DNA of 64,000 nt from Callorhinchus milii (GCF_018977255.1 NW_024704742.1:56670001-56734000); one strand, 5' to 3'; positions 1 through 13,495 are shown, counted from the stretch's first letter. The notes: generated by a model not told the origin, from the sequence alone. Translations and numbers: made by a program.

Positions 1-679
1 GCAAGGAATATTATTTTTCTTTTGCACCTTTAATTGATCACTGACTTTATTCAGCTGGATGAAGAAAAAAAATCTGCATTTTAAAGCAGAAATGGTTCAG
101 AAACCTTAAAGATGGAGCAAGTAAAACGACAAGCCCCACACCACGGTCAAGACATTGTGTTGATCCTTTCAAGCAGGAGGTAGTGTTCACCTTTATTAAA
201 GATAGTTTATATTTCATCCCTATTGCTCTTACAGGTGCACGTAAAGCATTACATATAATTGGGATGTCTTATCAGATGCTATATGATGTTATTGCAACAA
301 TACTAGCCAGTTGTGATAGAACACAGGATTGTAGAAGTAGCACATCTATGGGCACTTGGATTTCTGAATAATCAAACATTGAAATAGGGGATATAACCTG
401 CACTTGGTGAACGTTGGGTAGACCAGGATATGTTCTATCTCACTCTTCTGACCCCCTCCCACCCCGCTGCCCCCATAAAACAACACCACCACCTTGCATT
501 TATATACTGACCCTCACACCAGGGTAGCGTCCCAGAGAGCTTGACGGTGGGGGAGCACAACGTCAACCCGGAGTATACAACAGTTCTCTTTAAAACAATA
601 CAGTGTGAATCAGAAGTCCTTACTCATAGAGTTTTTAATTATTAATTATGTTCCTTTTATAAGACCACATTCGTAAAGA

Positions 680-812
680 GTGTGCAGCTATTACAGTTGT
701 CCGCAAAATATATAGTCAATTAATTCACTTTGCAGTATATTCTATAAAGTGCTTTGAGATGTATCAAAGACGTGATAAAGCGCTATATCAAATTCAAGGA
801 TTATTATTATTA
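680..812 (+). mobile_element. SINE 3' fragment (L2-type tail, (ATT)n end)
   Basis: aaaatatatagtcaat...cactttgcagtatattc...gacgtgataaagcgctatatcaaattcaaggattattatt matches the 3' half of the full SINE copies in this window. Confidence 0.8.
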
Positions 813-1874
813 ATCATTCTTGATGTGTGATCTACACAGAGAAATAATTCAGCTTAGGGAGTAGTCAAAGCTGAGCCTGATCTTATCTTCTCCAGCCATC
901 CACACACATACACATATACTTTGACAAGAGGTCATTCCATAGAAATCAAGATGGGAAACACTGGAAAATACAGCCTATTATGTTGCAAGTGTATATGTAC
1001 ACACATATGCATTTTGCCCTATGTGTAATGACACAGAGAATTATAGGTGCCATTAATGATTGAATTAACATCCCTTTTACTGGTTCTTCACACCCTCCTC
1101 GAAAATGATACTTGCCAGTGATTGTTAGATGGAAATATTGAAAATATATAATTGGGATTGCTTACTTTTGTGCCTTACATTATATTCACATACAACGGGT
1201 TTAACCGTAATGGGTCAAGTAATGCCTAAAAGTATGAGTAGCATCAAATACACTAATTTAGAGATTATGCCCAATGTTTTTGTAAATCCCAGATTGTCTG
1301 CTACCTGGACTATTTCTGAGCTGGCAGGCTTTGAGTTGCAGTGCTTCGGGTCAGAATTTAAGGTTAATTATTAAAGTTGATCTTTGAGGAACAGCCTCTA
1401 CTAGGTACCTCAAAGGATTAAGTTGAGCTGAGAGCTTTCTAAAACTAAAGGTTAATTATTAGAGGAGATAAATCATAACAAATTTAAGTGATATGGGAAA
1501 GATAGCTGGGTTTAAAACTCTTTCTTCCATTCATCACTTCATTGGCATTGCATCTCAATCCCAGAAAGATTCTCAAGAAAGAAAGATTTCTCCAGGGCCA
1601 TTGTTTGCTGGGTCATTTCAAGGAAAAACAGCAATTGTGTGTACCCGGAATGGAGCTTAGGAATGCATTTCATCCATGACTGAAGCATTCTGTTGGGCCC
1701 CATACAATGCCTTCTGTAACTCACAGTGAAATACCCTTTCAGATTAAATTCATTCTTTCCATGTTGCAGGAATAAGAAATGGCAATATTCTCTAACCCCC
1801 CACACAATCTAAGGCCAATGATAGGACTGCAGCTTAAATGCTATTTTTGTCTTCTTTGGTATTCCTTTGCCCTT

Positions 1875-1990
1875 CACCCACAAAATATACAGTCAATTCA
1901 CTTTACAGTATATTCCGTGAAGCACTTTGAGACATCTTGAAGACGTGATAAAGCGTTATAGCAAATGCAAGAATTATTATAACCTTTATT
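1875..1990 (+). mobile_element. SINE 3' fragment
   Basis: cacccacaaaatatacagtcaattcactttacagtatattc...gaagacgtgataaagcg...aaatgcaagaattattat. Confidence 0.8.
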
Positions 1991-2004
1991 ATCCATAAAA
2001 TCCA

Positions 2005-2483
2005 GATCATTAAAACTCTGCCACCCGCATTCTCACCCGCACCAAACTGCTCCCCGATCATCCCAGTCCTTGCCAGACTGCACTGACTGCCTATCCCAGA
2101 GAGGATTGACTTCAAGATCCTTACCCTTGTATTTAAATCCCTCCACTCTTTTGCACCCCACGAACTCTCTGACCTCCTCCCTCCTCAAAACAGTACCCGT
2201 TGCCTTTGTTCCTCCAGGTCTGGCCTCCTCCTCGTCCCCCGAGTCCTCCACTCCACCCTCGGCGCCGTGCCTTCAGCCACTATGCCCCGAGGCTCTGGAA
2301 TTCCCTTTGCCTCCCTCCCTCCCTTCCTATTTTCAGGTCTTTGCTGAAGACCTTTCTCTTCGACCGCGCCTTTGGTCACCTTCCTCCCCCTCCCCCTGGC
2401 TCGGTCCCGGGATCCTGTTACTGTAAAGCGCTCTGAGACGCCGTCCGGCGTGGAGGGCACTATATAAATCCAAGTTGTTGTTG
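2005..2483 (+). mobile_element. L2 LINE 3' end, 5'-truncated
   Basis: Degenerate ORF2 C-terminal motifs across frameshifts (PVLARLH*LPI..RIDFKI, RAFSHYAPRLWNSL, LKTFLFDRAF), stem-loop gacgcc-gtcc-ggcgtg and (TTG)n tail. Confidence 0.85.
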
Positions 2484-2575
2484 TATTATGATTTATGTTT
2501 CAGCAAATATTTTGCAGAAACTGCATAAAAAGGCAGACTGCTATATTTCTGCAAAGAGAATGATTTTAAGGTGCC

Positions 2576-2823
2576 AAGTCCTGTAGTGTATTGTTTAGAG
2601 CACGCGCCTTGCAAGCGAGAGACCTGGGTTCAATTTCTGGCAGGGCGAAACATTAGGTAAGTTTCCTTACTCCACACGCTTCTGTTTATCCAGCAGTAAA
2701 GAGGAACCCGGTTGTTAGTCAATTGGCGGATTGCTTTTCCAGGCATAATAATCCCTTCTGTATATTCTGTGAAGCTCGAAGATGTGATAAAGTGCTATAT
2801 CAAATGCAAGGATTATTATTATT
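2576..2823 (+). mobile_element. tRNA-derived SINE (long subfamily, internally deleted), followed by an L2 tail fragment to ~2940
   Basis: tRNA-like head gtcctgtag..ttagagcacgcgccttgcaagcgagagacctgggttcaat; body gtttccttactccacacgc; (ATT)n end. Confidence 0.8.
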
Positions 2824-3334
2824 CCTTTACCCTTTTCCTTCCACCCTCCTTGCTCCCTACCCCCAGCTCAGGTCAGAAGCACTTGGGATGGCCCCCCGAC
2901 GTGTAAGGCGCTATACAAATGTAGTTTTGTTATTGTTGTCTTTAAAATATTAAGGCATGCCTTTGCTGATATTATCTCAGTCGGTTTGTTTCACATGGGA
3001 CCTGAGCTCTTAATTTAGACTCACCCTCCACGACAATGTTTGCAACGTTCTTCGAGGTACTATCTTTCAGATGAAATGTAAAAGGCCCTTTATGCTTATT
3101 CAGGAGGTCATTACAAATGCCATTGCACAGTTTTAGGGGAATCTTGCTTTGGCTGACTGACATCAGTACATTGTTCTCTTTAGACTACTGTTGGAATACT
3201 TTGCAGGAAACTTGGCTCATTTGATCATATGGGCTAATGGATGAATATTGAATGACCATGGAAACTGTTGAGTTGATTGGGTGGATGGTACTGTTTTATG
3301 AGAATAGGCAGTAGTTTCTGGGGACATTATAAAA

Positions 3335-3740
3335 AATAATTTATTATATTCTGCCTTTCACATAGAGAGGATGGCTCCAAGCACTTCACAGGATTTACTG
3401 TAAAGTGTTGTATCTATATATTCTATAGGGGAACACAACAGCCATTTTGTGAACAGCAGTGTCCCACAAACAGCATGAAATGAATGACTTGGAAAATTAT
3501 TAGCCAGGACACTGTGAGAAACTCCCTTCTCTTTTTGAATAGCAATATGGGATCTGTAAAATCCACCCGAGCAGGCAGCAGAACCTCAGTTCAATGTATC
3601 ATCCAAATGACAGCACCTCCATCAATGCAACTCCCCAGCGTTGTGTTGAAGTGTCAGCCTAGACTATGAGCTCAAGATCCTGATGTGGGTCTTGAATCCA
3701 CATCCTTCTGACTCAGAGGCAACCAACTGATCCAATCTGA
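3335..3740 (-). mobile_element. DeuSINE (SacSINE1-like)
   Basis: Reverse complement shows head gcctctgagtcagaaggatgtggattcaag, Deu-like core ggaggtgctgtcatttggatgata..gatcccatattgc, and the shared 3' tail. Confidence 0.75.
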
Positions 3741-4624
3741 CCCCCCATTTGCAGTACACTGAGGTATAATCATGCAGAAATTCTAATCCCTTGAAAAGGC
3801 ATGAAGCTCACTAAGTTCAGAAATCAGCTCGCTGAGAGAGTCTCAAAAACCCTGCCCGTTAGGTTTGGAATCTGATCTCTATGAATTTCAAGCCCTGAGA
3901 GGAATCCAGCTCAAATCTTGGGGGACAATAGTCACTGAAGGATTGTCAAGACAACCTCTCTGGCCTGACTGACTCTCACATGTGTAAAGAAACAGTTAGC
4001 ATATTACAAATAAAAACTGGAGTTTGTTTCTCGACTGGAGAACTATGTGCGGTAAAAAGTTGAGGAGTGGACTGAGACAGAGATATTGGAAACAGAATAG
4101 TTTTGGAGAGAGCTGCTGAAGATTGTTTTCTCAAATAAATCTGTGAACAGAGCATAAAGAATGGGGATGAAGTACAGCCTTCTCTATTCATAAATACATT
4201 TACTGACCTTTGCCACTGTGAGTTTTATAGGGGACAATTGTTTGGCCACAAATAAATTTATAGACTGATGCGATGAGCTTATAATAGGATTTTCTGATTC
4301 AAAGCTCACGCGACAAGGTCAGTAAATCTACCGACGAGCAACGAATAAGATGCACTGGCTGACCAAGGTCAGTAAATTTACCAACAATAATAGAACCACT
4401 TTCTGCAAAATAGATCCTATTGAGTTATGTGGATTTAAGATGGCAAGGTTCACGGATTCTTAGTTGCTCATCCAGTATTGTCAAGCACTTTGGAGCATCC
4501 TCATGATGTGACAGGTGCTATATATAAGTGTAACTTGTAGTTATGAGGTAAGTTGTATAGGTTTTTTTAGAAAAGTAATAACATTTTAAAGTGTGCTTCT
4601 TTTCTAAAGAAATAATACATTTGT

Positions 4625-4992
4625 GCGTCAGGCTAGATCATGCTTCTGAATCAGAAGGTTATGGGTTCAACCCTATATAGGACTAGGTTGATAGTGTGCT
4701 GCATTGTCAGAGGTGCCTTCCTTCGGGTGAGGCGTTAAACTGAAGTCCCTTCTGCCTGTTCCGGTGAATGTTACAGTTCCCATGGTTTTATCTGAAATGA
4801 GGAGTTTCTCCCGGTGTCCTGGTTCAGAATTCCCCAAACAGAATTGGTCATCCACTTTAATACTGTTTGTAGAACAGAAAATATACCGACAAAATGTACA
4901 GTCACTACACTTTACAGTATATTCTGTGATCCGCTTTGAGACATCTTAAAGACGTGATAAGGCGTGATATCAAAGGCAATAATTATTATTAT
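4625..4992 (+). mobile_element. DeuSINE (SacSINE1-like)
   Basis: tctgaatcagaaggttatgggttcaa; Deu core gcattgtcagaggtgccttccttcgggtgaggcgttaaactga; ccggtgtcctgg; L2-type tail. Confidence 0.75.
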
Positions 4993-6439
4993 AGGACATT
5001 GCTGTGTGCAAATTGAATACCACATTCAGCTTCAAGGTACAGTCACTCCACTTTACAGTATATCCTGTGAATGATTTCAGCACATGAAAGATGCAATATC
5101 AAATGCAAGGATTATATATTCATTTATTTTCAAGGAAAGATGAATGTAAGATAAGTAGTATGCATTTATTGCTAGATGATTGACAGCTATTTGTATCTTT
5201 GTTGAAAAGGAACAAGGAATATAGCAGACCTTGGTGGCCATCTGTACGTGGAGGAGCAGAAAGAGAGAAGCCCAGAGGTGCAGAGCCCATTGAAGGATGA
5301 TCACTTATGATAGGTCGTAACCCAGATAAAGTACAAGAATTGTACAAGAGTAGATTAGCTATCGTCAGTTTAGAGAGGTGTTAGGTTCCGGGAGATAATT
5401 ATGCAAGGAGTAAGAAGTTAATTTCAGGTAGTCCCTTTTTTTAAAAAAAAGGATTGCACTGTATGACGACTTTGGTGATGGTCATTAACCACAGAAGGAA
5501 AGATAATGCCTTATAGTATCCAGGATCCTGGAGCAATTTACAGTTCTTTTCCACAGATGTCAGGTGTGGCATTTGACTTGGTTCAAAGGGAAGAAAGGGG
5601 GGATGTATTGGAGGATATATCTGTGGATCTGTATTGCTCATAAATGCCACTGATAGAGGCAATCTGCTCCAGATCCCTTCTGATTTGATCTATGTGAGTA
5701 TTGTGACACCCTCAGAAATTTCTAAATCCTTCTATGATGGTTGCCTACAAGAGATTTAAAGATGACCCTTAGTGCATTTTGGATATAAAACTTGAACATC
5801 TCAAAAATTAATGCTTCACAATGCTTGATTGTCCTCTCAAGGGTGTTGTGTAAATGCAAGTTGTTGTTGTAGCAGTTGGATAGTCAATTCATGAAAGATG
5901 CTCTGACTCTACAATAGATACTTGATACAGGCCACCAATAGATATCTGCACTGCATTGAAACACTTATTTGCCAGGTGCAACCAGATATGGATGTGGACT
6001 CCTTCACACAAACTAGATCAACCTTCCAACATAATAGAAGTAAGTGACTCCACATGGTTCATATTCACTATTAACCTCCATTTAAAAACATCCATTTACT
6101 CAATTAAAGTGCTCAACCTGTTGGGTCTGCAGCCTCTGCTGTCTAGACCTGAAACCAGTATTTTCTCAAAGTTACTTAAATCTCTCACAATGATTTTATT
6201 AACATTTATAAACTTAGTGTGCATATGTGTGTCGAGATCTTATTTTACGTAACTTATAACACTATGCATTAACTCTCTTTTCACTGAGATCTTTCTTAAT
6301 CTGTCAGAGGACCCTCAGTCACTTCCTGCATGTCTTTCACCTCCTCAGCTTTGTGGAATGTTGACCTTCCCCCATCAAAAAGGACAACAACAACTTGCAT
6401 TTACATAGCACCCTTCACACAGGCTGACGTCTTGGAGTA

Positions 6440-6672
6440 CTGAGGTCCTCACTCTGCTCCAGGGCATCGCTTTTCGGGGGTGATAATCTCTCGAAAAAAC
6501 ATATAATAATTTGATCACTCAATCCACAACTTTGTTGGACATTGATGTGCATCTGCCACGTTTCTCTCACAAAATACAGTTACTACACTTTACAGTGTAT
6601 CCTGAAGTGCATTGAGACAAATCTAGATGATGTGATAAGGTGCTTTATCAAATGCTAGGATTATTATTATTA
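6440..6672 (+). mobile_element. Degraded SINE 3' half
   Basis: atcgcttttcggggg..ataatc, ggacattgatgtgc, cactttacagtgtatcctgaagtgc, atcaaatgctaggattattattatt. Confidence 0.65.
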
Positions 6673-7637
6673 TCCTTGGGGGACAATACATCATTTATTA
6701 CACGTTTTAATGGCCATATTTGTAACCAGCTAAAGTCACACCTACCTAAAGTGTGAAGGGCACTATGTAAAATTGAAAGCTTAAACACTTCCCTTAAAAT
6801 TAAAATTTTTCTCTCCCTCTACTTTTAATGAAGGTAACATTTCCAAATATTCACAAATAAATCAGAGTGAAACTTGCTATGCTTCTGAACAGATTTGATT
6901 CTGTTTCTAGTTGTTAATTAAACACTACCCATGAGTGTGAAACCCCCCACCCCTTCTCTCCCAGTGGGTGGACCTAAAAGTCTGTCTGAAAATCCATCAC
7001 CCCACCCCCCCATTGTGTTTCCGACCATGGAATGTGCCATTTCATTGCCATTTCCCAGGATACAGGTTTAATTCAGATTGAGTTCAGTCAACATCCTGTA
7101 AAGTAGCACTAAAACACATTTGGCAACAACAATAGCAGCAATGACGTTTTCGGATCAACTTCAGTCTTTTCCAATCGACTGGAATTTGCAATGTTTCTTA
7201 ACAGATTCAACAACACAGATTCGAAGTTCCACCTATTCTTAGCCTATCAGACAATTTAGTCTTAAAATTTAAGATCGGGCAGAATTATCATTTTTTTTTA
7301 GTATTAATTTGGAAGTCTATTTTCCACCTAAATACAGTATTAAGAATTTTCCACAAGTCTGCGATCTTTTAAATTTTACAGGACAAAACTAAGTGGAATG
7401 TTGGTGCTCAAAAGTGTTAGAATTCATGGCAATTTTCATCCCATTCTATGCTGAGGCCACTGTAATAGTTATCTCGTCATCATTGGATAGCCTCAATGAC
7501 TGTTCACTGAGTTTGTTGATTTTGATTTCCTCTTAAATGCAAAATTGTCCATTATTATACATCATAAACTCAAGAAGAATACATTTGTGGTGATGAAGAA
7601 CAATTCAGCTTGTGACTGCACTTATAATCACCGTTTG

Positions 7638-9205
7638 ACACAACAACAACGTGCACTTATACAGCGCCCTCCACACAGAATAAAGTCTCAGAGCGCTTAA
7701 CAGTGTTGGAGCCTGACTCTGAGCCAGGGGAAGGGAGGAGGTGCCGTAAGCACTGTCGCACAGGAAGGTTTCAGGCGGGACTTGAAAGAGGGAAGAGAGG
7801 GGGCAAGGCGGAGGGATTGAGGGAGAATGTTCTAGAGTTTCGGGGCATAGTAGCTGAAAGCGCAACCTCTAATGGTGGAGCAGAGGGTGCGAGGGACAAG
7901 CAGGAGGCTTGTGCCAGTCGAGCGGAGGTGCCGGGTGGTGGATTGGGGAGTGAAGAGGTTGGAGAGGTAGGGAGATTCCAGGGAGTGAATGGATTTGAAC
8001 ACAAGAGTGAGGATCTTGAATTCGATCCATTCAGTGATGGGGAGACAGTGGAGTCTGGCCAGAACTGGTGACATGTGGGTACGGAGTTTGGCTTGGGTCA
8101 GTATGCGGGTAGCAGAGTTTTGAATGAGCTGGATCTTGTGATTGGTGGAGCTGGGGAAATCGGTGAGAAGTGCGTTGGAGTTATCCAGGCGGGAGGTGAC
8201 AAACGCATGCATGAGGGTTTCGGCAGCATTTGGGGTAAGGTACGGTCAGAGGTGGGCAATGCTGCGGAGGTGGAAGAAAGCAGTTCTGGTCAGGGACCGG
8301 ATGTGGGAGACAATTGGGGGTTCAACCGGATGCCTGGGTTGCACACTGGTTTGGTAAGTCTGAGGGAGAGCTCAGGGAGGTTGAGGAGTCTAGATCCATA
8401 GGAATGAAGCTGTTGATGGGAGCCAAGGAGTATGGCTTCTGTCTTGTCCATATTAATCTGCAGGAAGTTTACATTCATCCAGGCCTTGATGTCTGCCAGA
8501 CAAGCTGATAGAACATCAGCGGCTGGAGTTGGTACTGGAGGAGGCAAAATAGATTTCCTCATACATGTGGAAGTTTATCCCGTATCTGTGGATGACATCA
8601 TCCAGAGGGACCATATACATAAGGAAAAGAAGGATGGAGCCCTGGAGTACCCCGCAGGTGATCCGGTGGGGGCGTAAGGAGAAACCACTTGGTGAGGTAG
8701 TTGGTTAAGTAGGACTCGAACCATACATGCGGTTCCACTAAGGCCGATAAGGGAGGAGAGCCGATGGAGGAGGACGCGTGCTCAACTGTGTCGAATGCAA
8801 CAGAGAGATCCAGGAGGATGAGGAGGGAGGGGGAGCCCTGGTCACAGATAGAGAGGACGTCGTTTGTGGCTTTGACAATCGCTGTCTCTGTGCTGTGGAC
8901 AGGGCGAAAACCAGACTGCAGGGGCTCGAGGAGGAGTGGAGGGAGAGTTGTGACTGGTTGACCTGCAACAATGCATTCCACGACTTTGGCAAGGAAGGGT
9001 AGGTTGGAGATGGGATGGTAGTTTGAGAGATTAGAGGGATTGAGGATGGGTTTTTTGAGGAGGGGTGTGATGACAGCGGTTTTCAGGGGGAATGGAACAG
9101 AGCCTGAGGAGAGAAATCAGTTGACTCTGTCGGCCAGGAGGGGGGAGAGAAGGGGTAGTTGAGTGACCAGCAGCTGGATGGGGAGGGGATCTGCCGGACA
9201 ACACT
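7638..9205 (-). mobile_element. L2 LINE, RT domain and C-terminus of ORF2, inactivated by frameshifts
   Basis: Minus-strand ORFs give LEPLQSGFRPVHSTETAIVKATND..LILLDLSVAFDTV, CLADIKAWMNVNFLQINMDKTE, HAFVTSRLDNSNALL, PVLARLHCLPI; the expected YADD motif is disrupted; (CAA)n tail at 7638. Confidence 0.92.
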
Positions 9206-10376
9206 ACAGAATGGGAGAAATCAGGTATTAAAACACACCTCAACTTCCTAACAGTCCAATGTGTTACACAATGGGGTGATTCATAAACACATTTGATGTG
9301 ATAAGTATCACAACTATTATTGTGTATTACATGATTAAAATGTGCAACAAATGTTTTCATGGTTTACAAGCCCATTGTGAGGCTAATAATAGACATTTTA
9401 GGAAACTGTCACAAATCAGGGACTCTGGAGCACTGTTACATTTATCCATATATTGAATAGAGCAGGAGTTCAACCATCTTCCAGGTGCAGAGTAGGCAAT
9501 GAGGTAATTTTTAAATGGCCTATGCTCTTAGGATTTTGCTTAGGAGGCCTAATATCCTACAAGTGCATCTCTGAAATTTGATTTTATTATACTATAGTTC
9601 CAATAATTTAACACTATCACTCAACTGCAATTTATTCCAGTGCTAGGCAAGGTAAATGCAAAATGTGGGACAAGTCACTTGCAATATTGCAGTCACAGCC
9701 TCAAGGCATTCCAGTGGAAATTCTCTAGGGAGCAGGTGCAAATGCATCTATTGTCTGGAGTGCTGACTGGAATGATCCAGTGGTGCATGAAGGGGCTCTT
9801 CAGTTGTCGGCTAAAGATTGCTTCACTCTGAATGAGTACTGTATCTTATTAGTTACCTGCTGAATTGACAAGTTTCGGAAACACAATCGCTGTGACCCAT
9901 GCCTTAAAGCCAAAGGGTTAAAGTAAAATGAGTAAAATGGTATTCCAGCAGCACTGCTCGAAACATCGCTGGAAACAATTTGTGCATCATTTTTACTACA
10001 ACTGTGCAAATTTTATTTCTCTCGCAATTATCTTTGGCATCTTCCAATCATCCCATAACATGAATAAAACAAAGGAACTTAAGAAATGCAATTCGATATG
10101 TTAAAAATCATTTGCTTCTTACGCTTCCATTATCCGCATCAGAATATTTCAGTAAGGATAGTATTTGTTCCACCAATCAACATACCTAATTTTCTTATTT
10201 CAACATCCCCAATTACAGTGACAGCATCTGCTGGGCTCTCTGTGTAACCATGGTTGTATATTAGGAGCATGCTGCAATATTAAGGGGGCGTTAATAATAA
10301 GCTGCTGTCTGTATGTTGCAGCAAATGGTTGTAAACTTCAAATAAACTTGATCAGCTTTAAATTGTGAATTCGCAC

Positions 10377-10550
10377 AGGGGCAGTGGGGGGGGGGGAGGG
10401 GGGAATCACACCCATTTGCTTGAAAATGAGGAGAATCTGCACTGTTCTTCCCATTGACCTACACACGATCTGCCATATGCCTGAAGCACAAATCTCTCTG
10501 TTGCTTGTTGCTATAGTTACACAAAAGCCAGTGGTAAACCAATGAGCTTT
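10377..10550 (+). promoter_or_regulatory. Candidate proximal promoter: G-tract, RFX X-box and CCAAT box
   Basis: G-run 10377-10403; GTTGCTATAGTTAC at 10507-10520 (reverse complement GTAACTATAGCAAC fits X-box GTNRCnATRGYAAC); aaCCAATgag at 10537-10546; lies in a ~4 kb repeat-free island. Confidence 0.5.
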
Positions 10551-10639
10551 GTGCCACACTGCTGAAAAGGACCAGCCATTTTGGTTATGGGAGAACACTG
10601 GAATAATGCTCTGCTTTATCCAGGAATAAAATCATTCAG

Positions 10640-11200
10640 TCAGGAGGAGGAGGAGGAGGAGGTGGTGGTGGTGGTGGAGGAGAAAGTCAGGCTTTTCCAG
10701 GATGATAACTGAGCCTCAGAGTGCCATCGCACAGACTCAATGTCATGTTGCCAGTCACTGGCTGTGAAATAAATTGAAGGAGAGAGAGAGAGAAAAAAAA
10801 AAGCTGGATTGCAAAAGAGAAAGCAAATCTGCATCTGCCTGCCAGCAATTCAGCAGGGGCAGTGTTTGATTTCAACACCACCACCACCACCACCACAACA
10901 ACAACAAAAACACTCTGCAGCAACGTTACCTCAAACAGTGCAGCAGTTGTGTGCAAGCGCTGACCGAGGAGAAGGGTGTCGCCCTGCTCTGACATTGTTT
11001 GTGGGTATTGCTGATGCTTTATTTGGACAGATTCCACTGAAGGAGCAGGTGTGTGATTCATCTGAGGCTGCACTCGGGCTGCAACTGCTGTGGTTTACAT
11101 GCAGCCCCGCAGCCCAGGCTGCTCCACTCCGAACAGCTGCTCCGGAGACACTGAGAGTTAAACCCTCTCACTCGCTGCTTAGCTGATTCCTTTTATTAAG
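10640..11200 (+). other. Putative non-coding first (5' UTR) exon of an unidentified gene; start approximate
   Basis: Simple-repeat-rich, GC-elevated unique sequence ending at a strong donor AAG|GTAAGA (11200/11201), followed by a (CT)n tract; no ATG-initiated ORF crosses the donor. Confidence 0.55.
10641..10910. repeat. Microsatellite cluster (GGA)n(GGT)n, (GA)n/An, (CAC)n(AAC)n
   Basis: Directly visible at 10641-10680, 10780-10802 and 10874-10910. Confidence 0.9.
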
Positions 11201-13495
11201 GTAAGACGGAATTGATCAAGTCTCTTCTTTCTTTCTCTCTCTCTCTCTCGCTCTCTCTCTCACTCACTCACCCACTCACCCACTTTGAATATAGGAACGC
11301 AGGAAAGGATCATTTGTATCACTCGTGGTAATATTGCAGCCCCCAGTGGTTTTTCGAGGTTTCCCTTTTTTTTTAGTGCTGGAAATTCTCACACTGTGGA
11401 AGCGACTGGCGGCAAAACCACTGATTTGATACATCGGTTTCCCTTAACCAAATCTTTCATGGGATCGTGACCTGCAGGAGCAGCAGCTCCTTTAATTTCT
11501 GCAAACTCTTGCATAAATTAACACATGCATATACCCATGGCGTGCCTCCTATGGTTAGGGTTTGTGATGCTGTGTTACAGATGTCTACACAAACCCTGGA
11601 CTTGTATGTTGGTCCATCAACAAACCAACCCTCCCAGTCCCAGGGACTGTATTGTCGAGCTTCCCCTGTACTGTAGTGAAGGAATATCCCTCCACAAATT
11701 GCTTTAAAGGATCATTAAAAACGCACAAGGATGCAGACGGTTTGTAAGGTGCTTTTCCGAACTGTGATACATTCCTTTAAGCTCCCAATATCATTTTAAT
11801 TAAAAAAAAACAGCAGCATCAGTGTTCCAGCATCGGTTAGATTGCTTTAGATTATCCTGTGATGGGTGACAAATTCAAACTGTAGACCCAGTTCCCAATT
11901 CAGGAGCACTAAATTTGTATTGAACTCCTGCAAAAAAAAAAAAAGACTTTGTTTTGTGTTGCTCACTTTTCAGAATGCAAAAAAAAAAAATCTCATTGCT
12001 GTTTATTCCCACAGCAGGCAGCATTGGCTGGTGAGATCCTTCTCAATTCCAGCCCCTTCAAACAAATCACTTGCTCAGCTAACGTTCTCATTAAATTTAC
12101 TACAGGTCTGGTTAGCCTGAGATATGGTGTGACACCCTCAATGTGTTTGATGGTGACAAAGACGAAATGCTAGGTGCCTGGTATCTATCTGCTAGGCTGC
12201 TGCAGGTGTGGTGACAGTTTGGAGACAAATGTGGTCCAGCTTTATCTCTTTTTCTAGTTTGCATGGAGAGCAAAGAGCTTTAATGCAACACAGTAAACTG
12301 AAAATTCTGTCATTAAAAAGGGGGAAATGTAAATCGCTATAGAGTACGTTTTTGTGGACTCACTGGATTTTTTTGTTGGGCATCTGAAAACCCTCTCCCT
12401 TAATTGGATTTTTATCTGAAATTATTATGGTTGATTTTTTTTCCCCCCCTGGATGCAGTATTGGTATCTGTGACAAAGAATAATGTTGGATACAGTAGCT
12501 TCTCGTTGTGCACGCCCTGATCTACCACTCCTCAAGATTAATTTATTCTGTGTTCTGTTTGTTTATCCAAGAATGACACTTTTGCTGCAAATGTGTCTTT
12601 AGATTCTCCCCCACCCCCCAATTGTGCCATTTTTATTAAGCCTCACATCTAATCCTAGTTTTAGTGATGTAGTGAGTTAACTATGCCACTTATTTTGTAT
12701 TGAGTACAATATGTATTTGAAACAAGGGAATGCATATCTTAAATAATACCCAGAGCTTTGTTTTGTTTCATTTTGTGTTTTTGTTCGAAATACCAACTTA
12801 GCTGCTTTTTATACAGCTGATTCTTTTAAGCATATAAGATAGGATTATCTGTATTGATGGCTTCCCCCATTAACGATAAGATAATGACTTTTCTCCAAAA
12901 TGCCGCCTTCAACAGCAGGTCTTCCTCACCTCGATGAGATCTGTGGTGGCTTTCATAAATCTGGATTCTTCATTGCCACGTTCTTTATAGTTATATTATT
13001 TTCCGGGGTAAAGCACAGCTTGTCTATCACATGTTAATATTAGTGACATATCTGTTATGTGTTTATAATGACACTTTTGAGAGAATCACCAATGTTAATG
13101 ATCAGTCCATAATAGACCTCATTTCCATCTCAGATTCATTGTTCTCAATGATATTGAGTACACACGGTACAGGGTGGGCATTTACAGTGTATTGTGGTGA
13201 GGAGTGAGCTTTGCTGAATGGTTTATGGATGGTCTAAGACAAGTAAGTAACCAACTCTAGTGATTGGTACAAATATTTGGGTGTAGTGCTGCAGAGGCTT
13301 GTTGTCTAATAAATTTTTGGCTTCACTTCGATAGCTCACAAGCTGCCACAGAAAAGGGTGATTGTATGTTCTTCTTGGGCAGTGCCTGAGCTGCCTGGAA
13401 ATCATTGCCGGTATATTGGCGGTAAGCTAGCAATAGTAACCAGATACTGAAGCATTGCTCCTGAATCAACCTACGTAAGTACATTATGTTGTGTC

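Noticed and set aside
5130..5770. Purine-rich stretch possibly from an old retroelement or virus
   Set aside because: No motif recognised in any frame, so it cannot be assigned
7638..9205. Functional or domesticated reverse transcriptase
   Set aside because: Multiple frameshifts and a disrupted catalytic YADD motif
10687..11186. Poly-V and poly-P/Q ORFs (128 aa minus, 125 aa plus)
   Set aside because: Driven by microsatellites; the + ORF has a non-ATG start and stops before the splice donor
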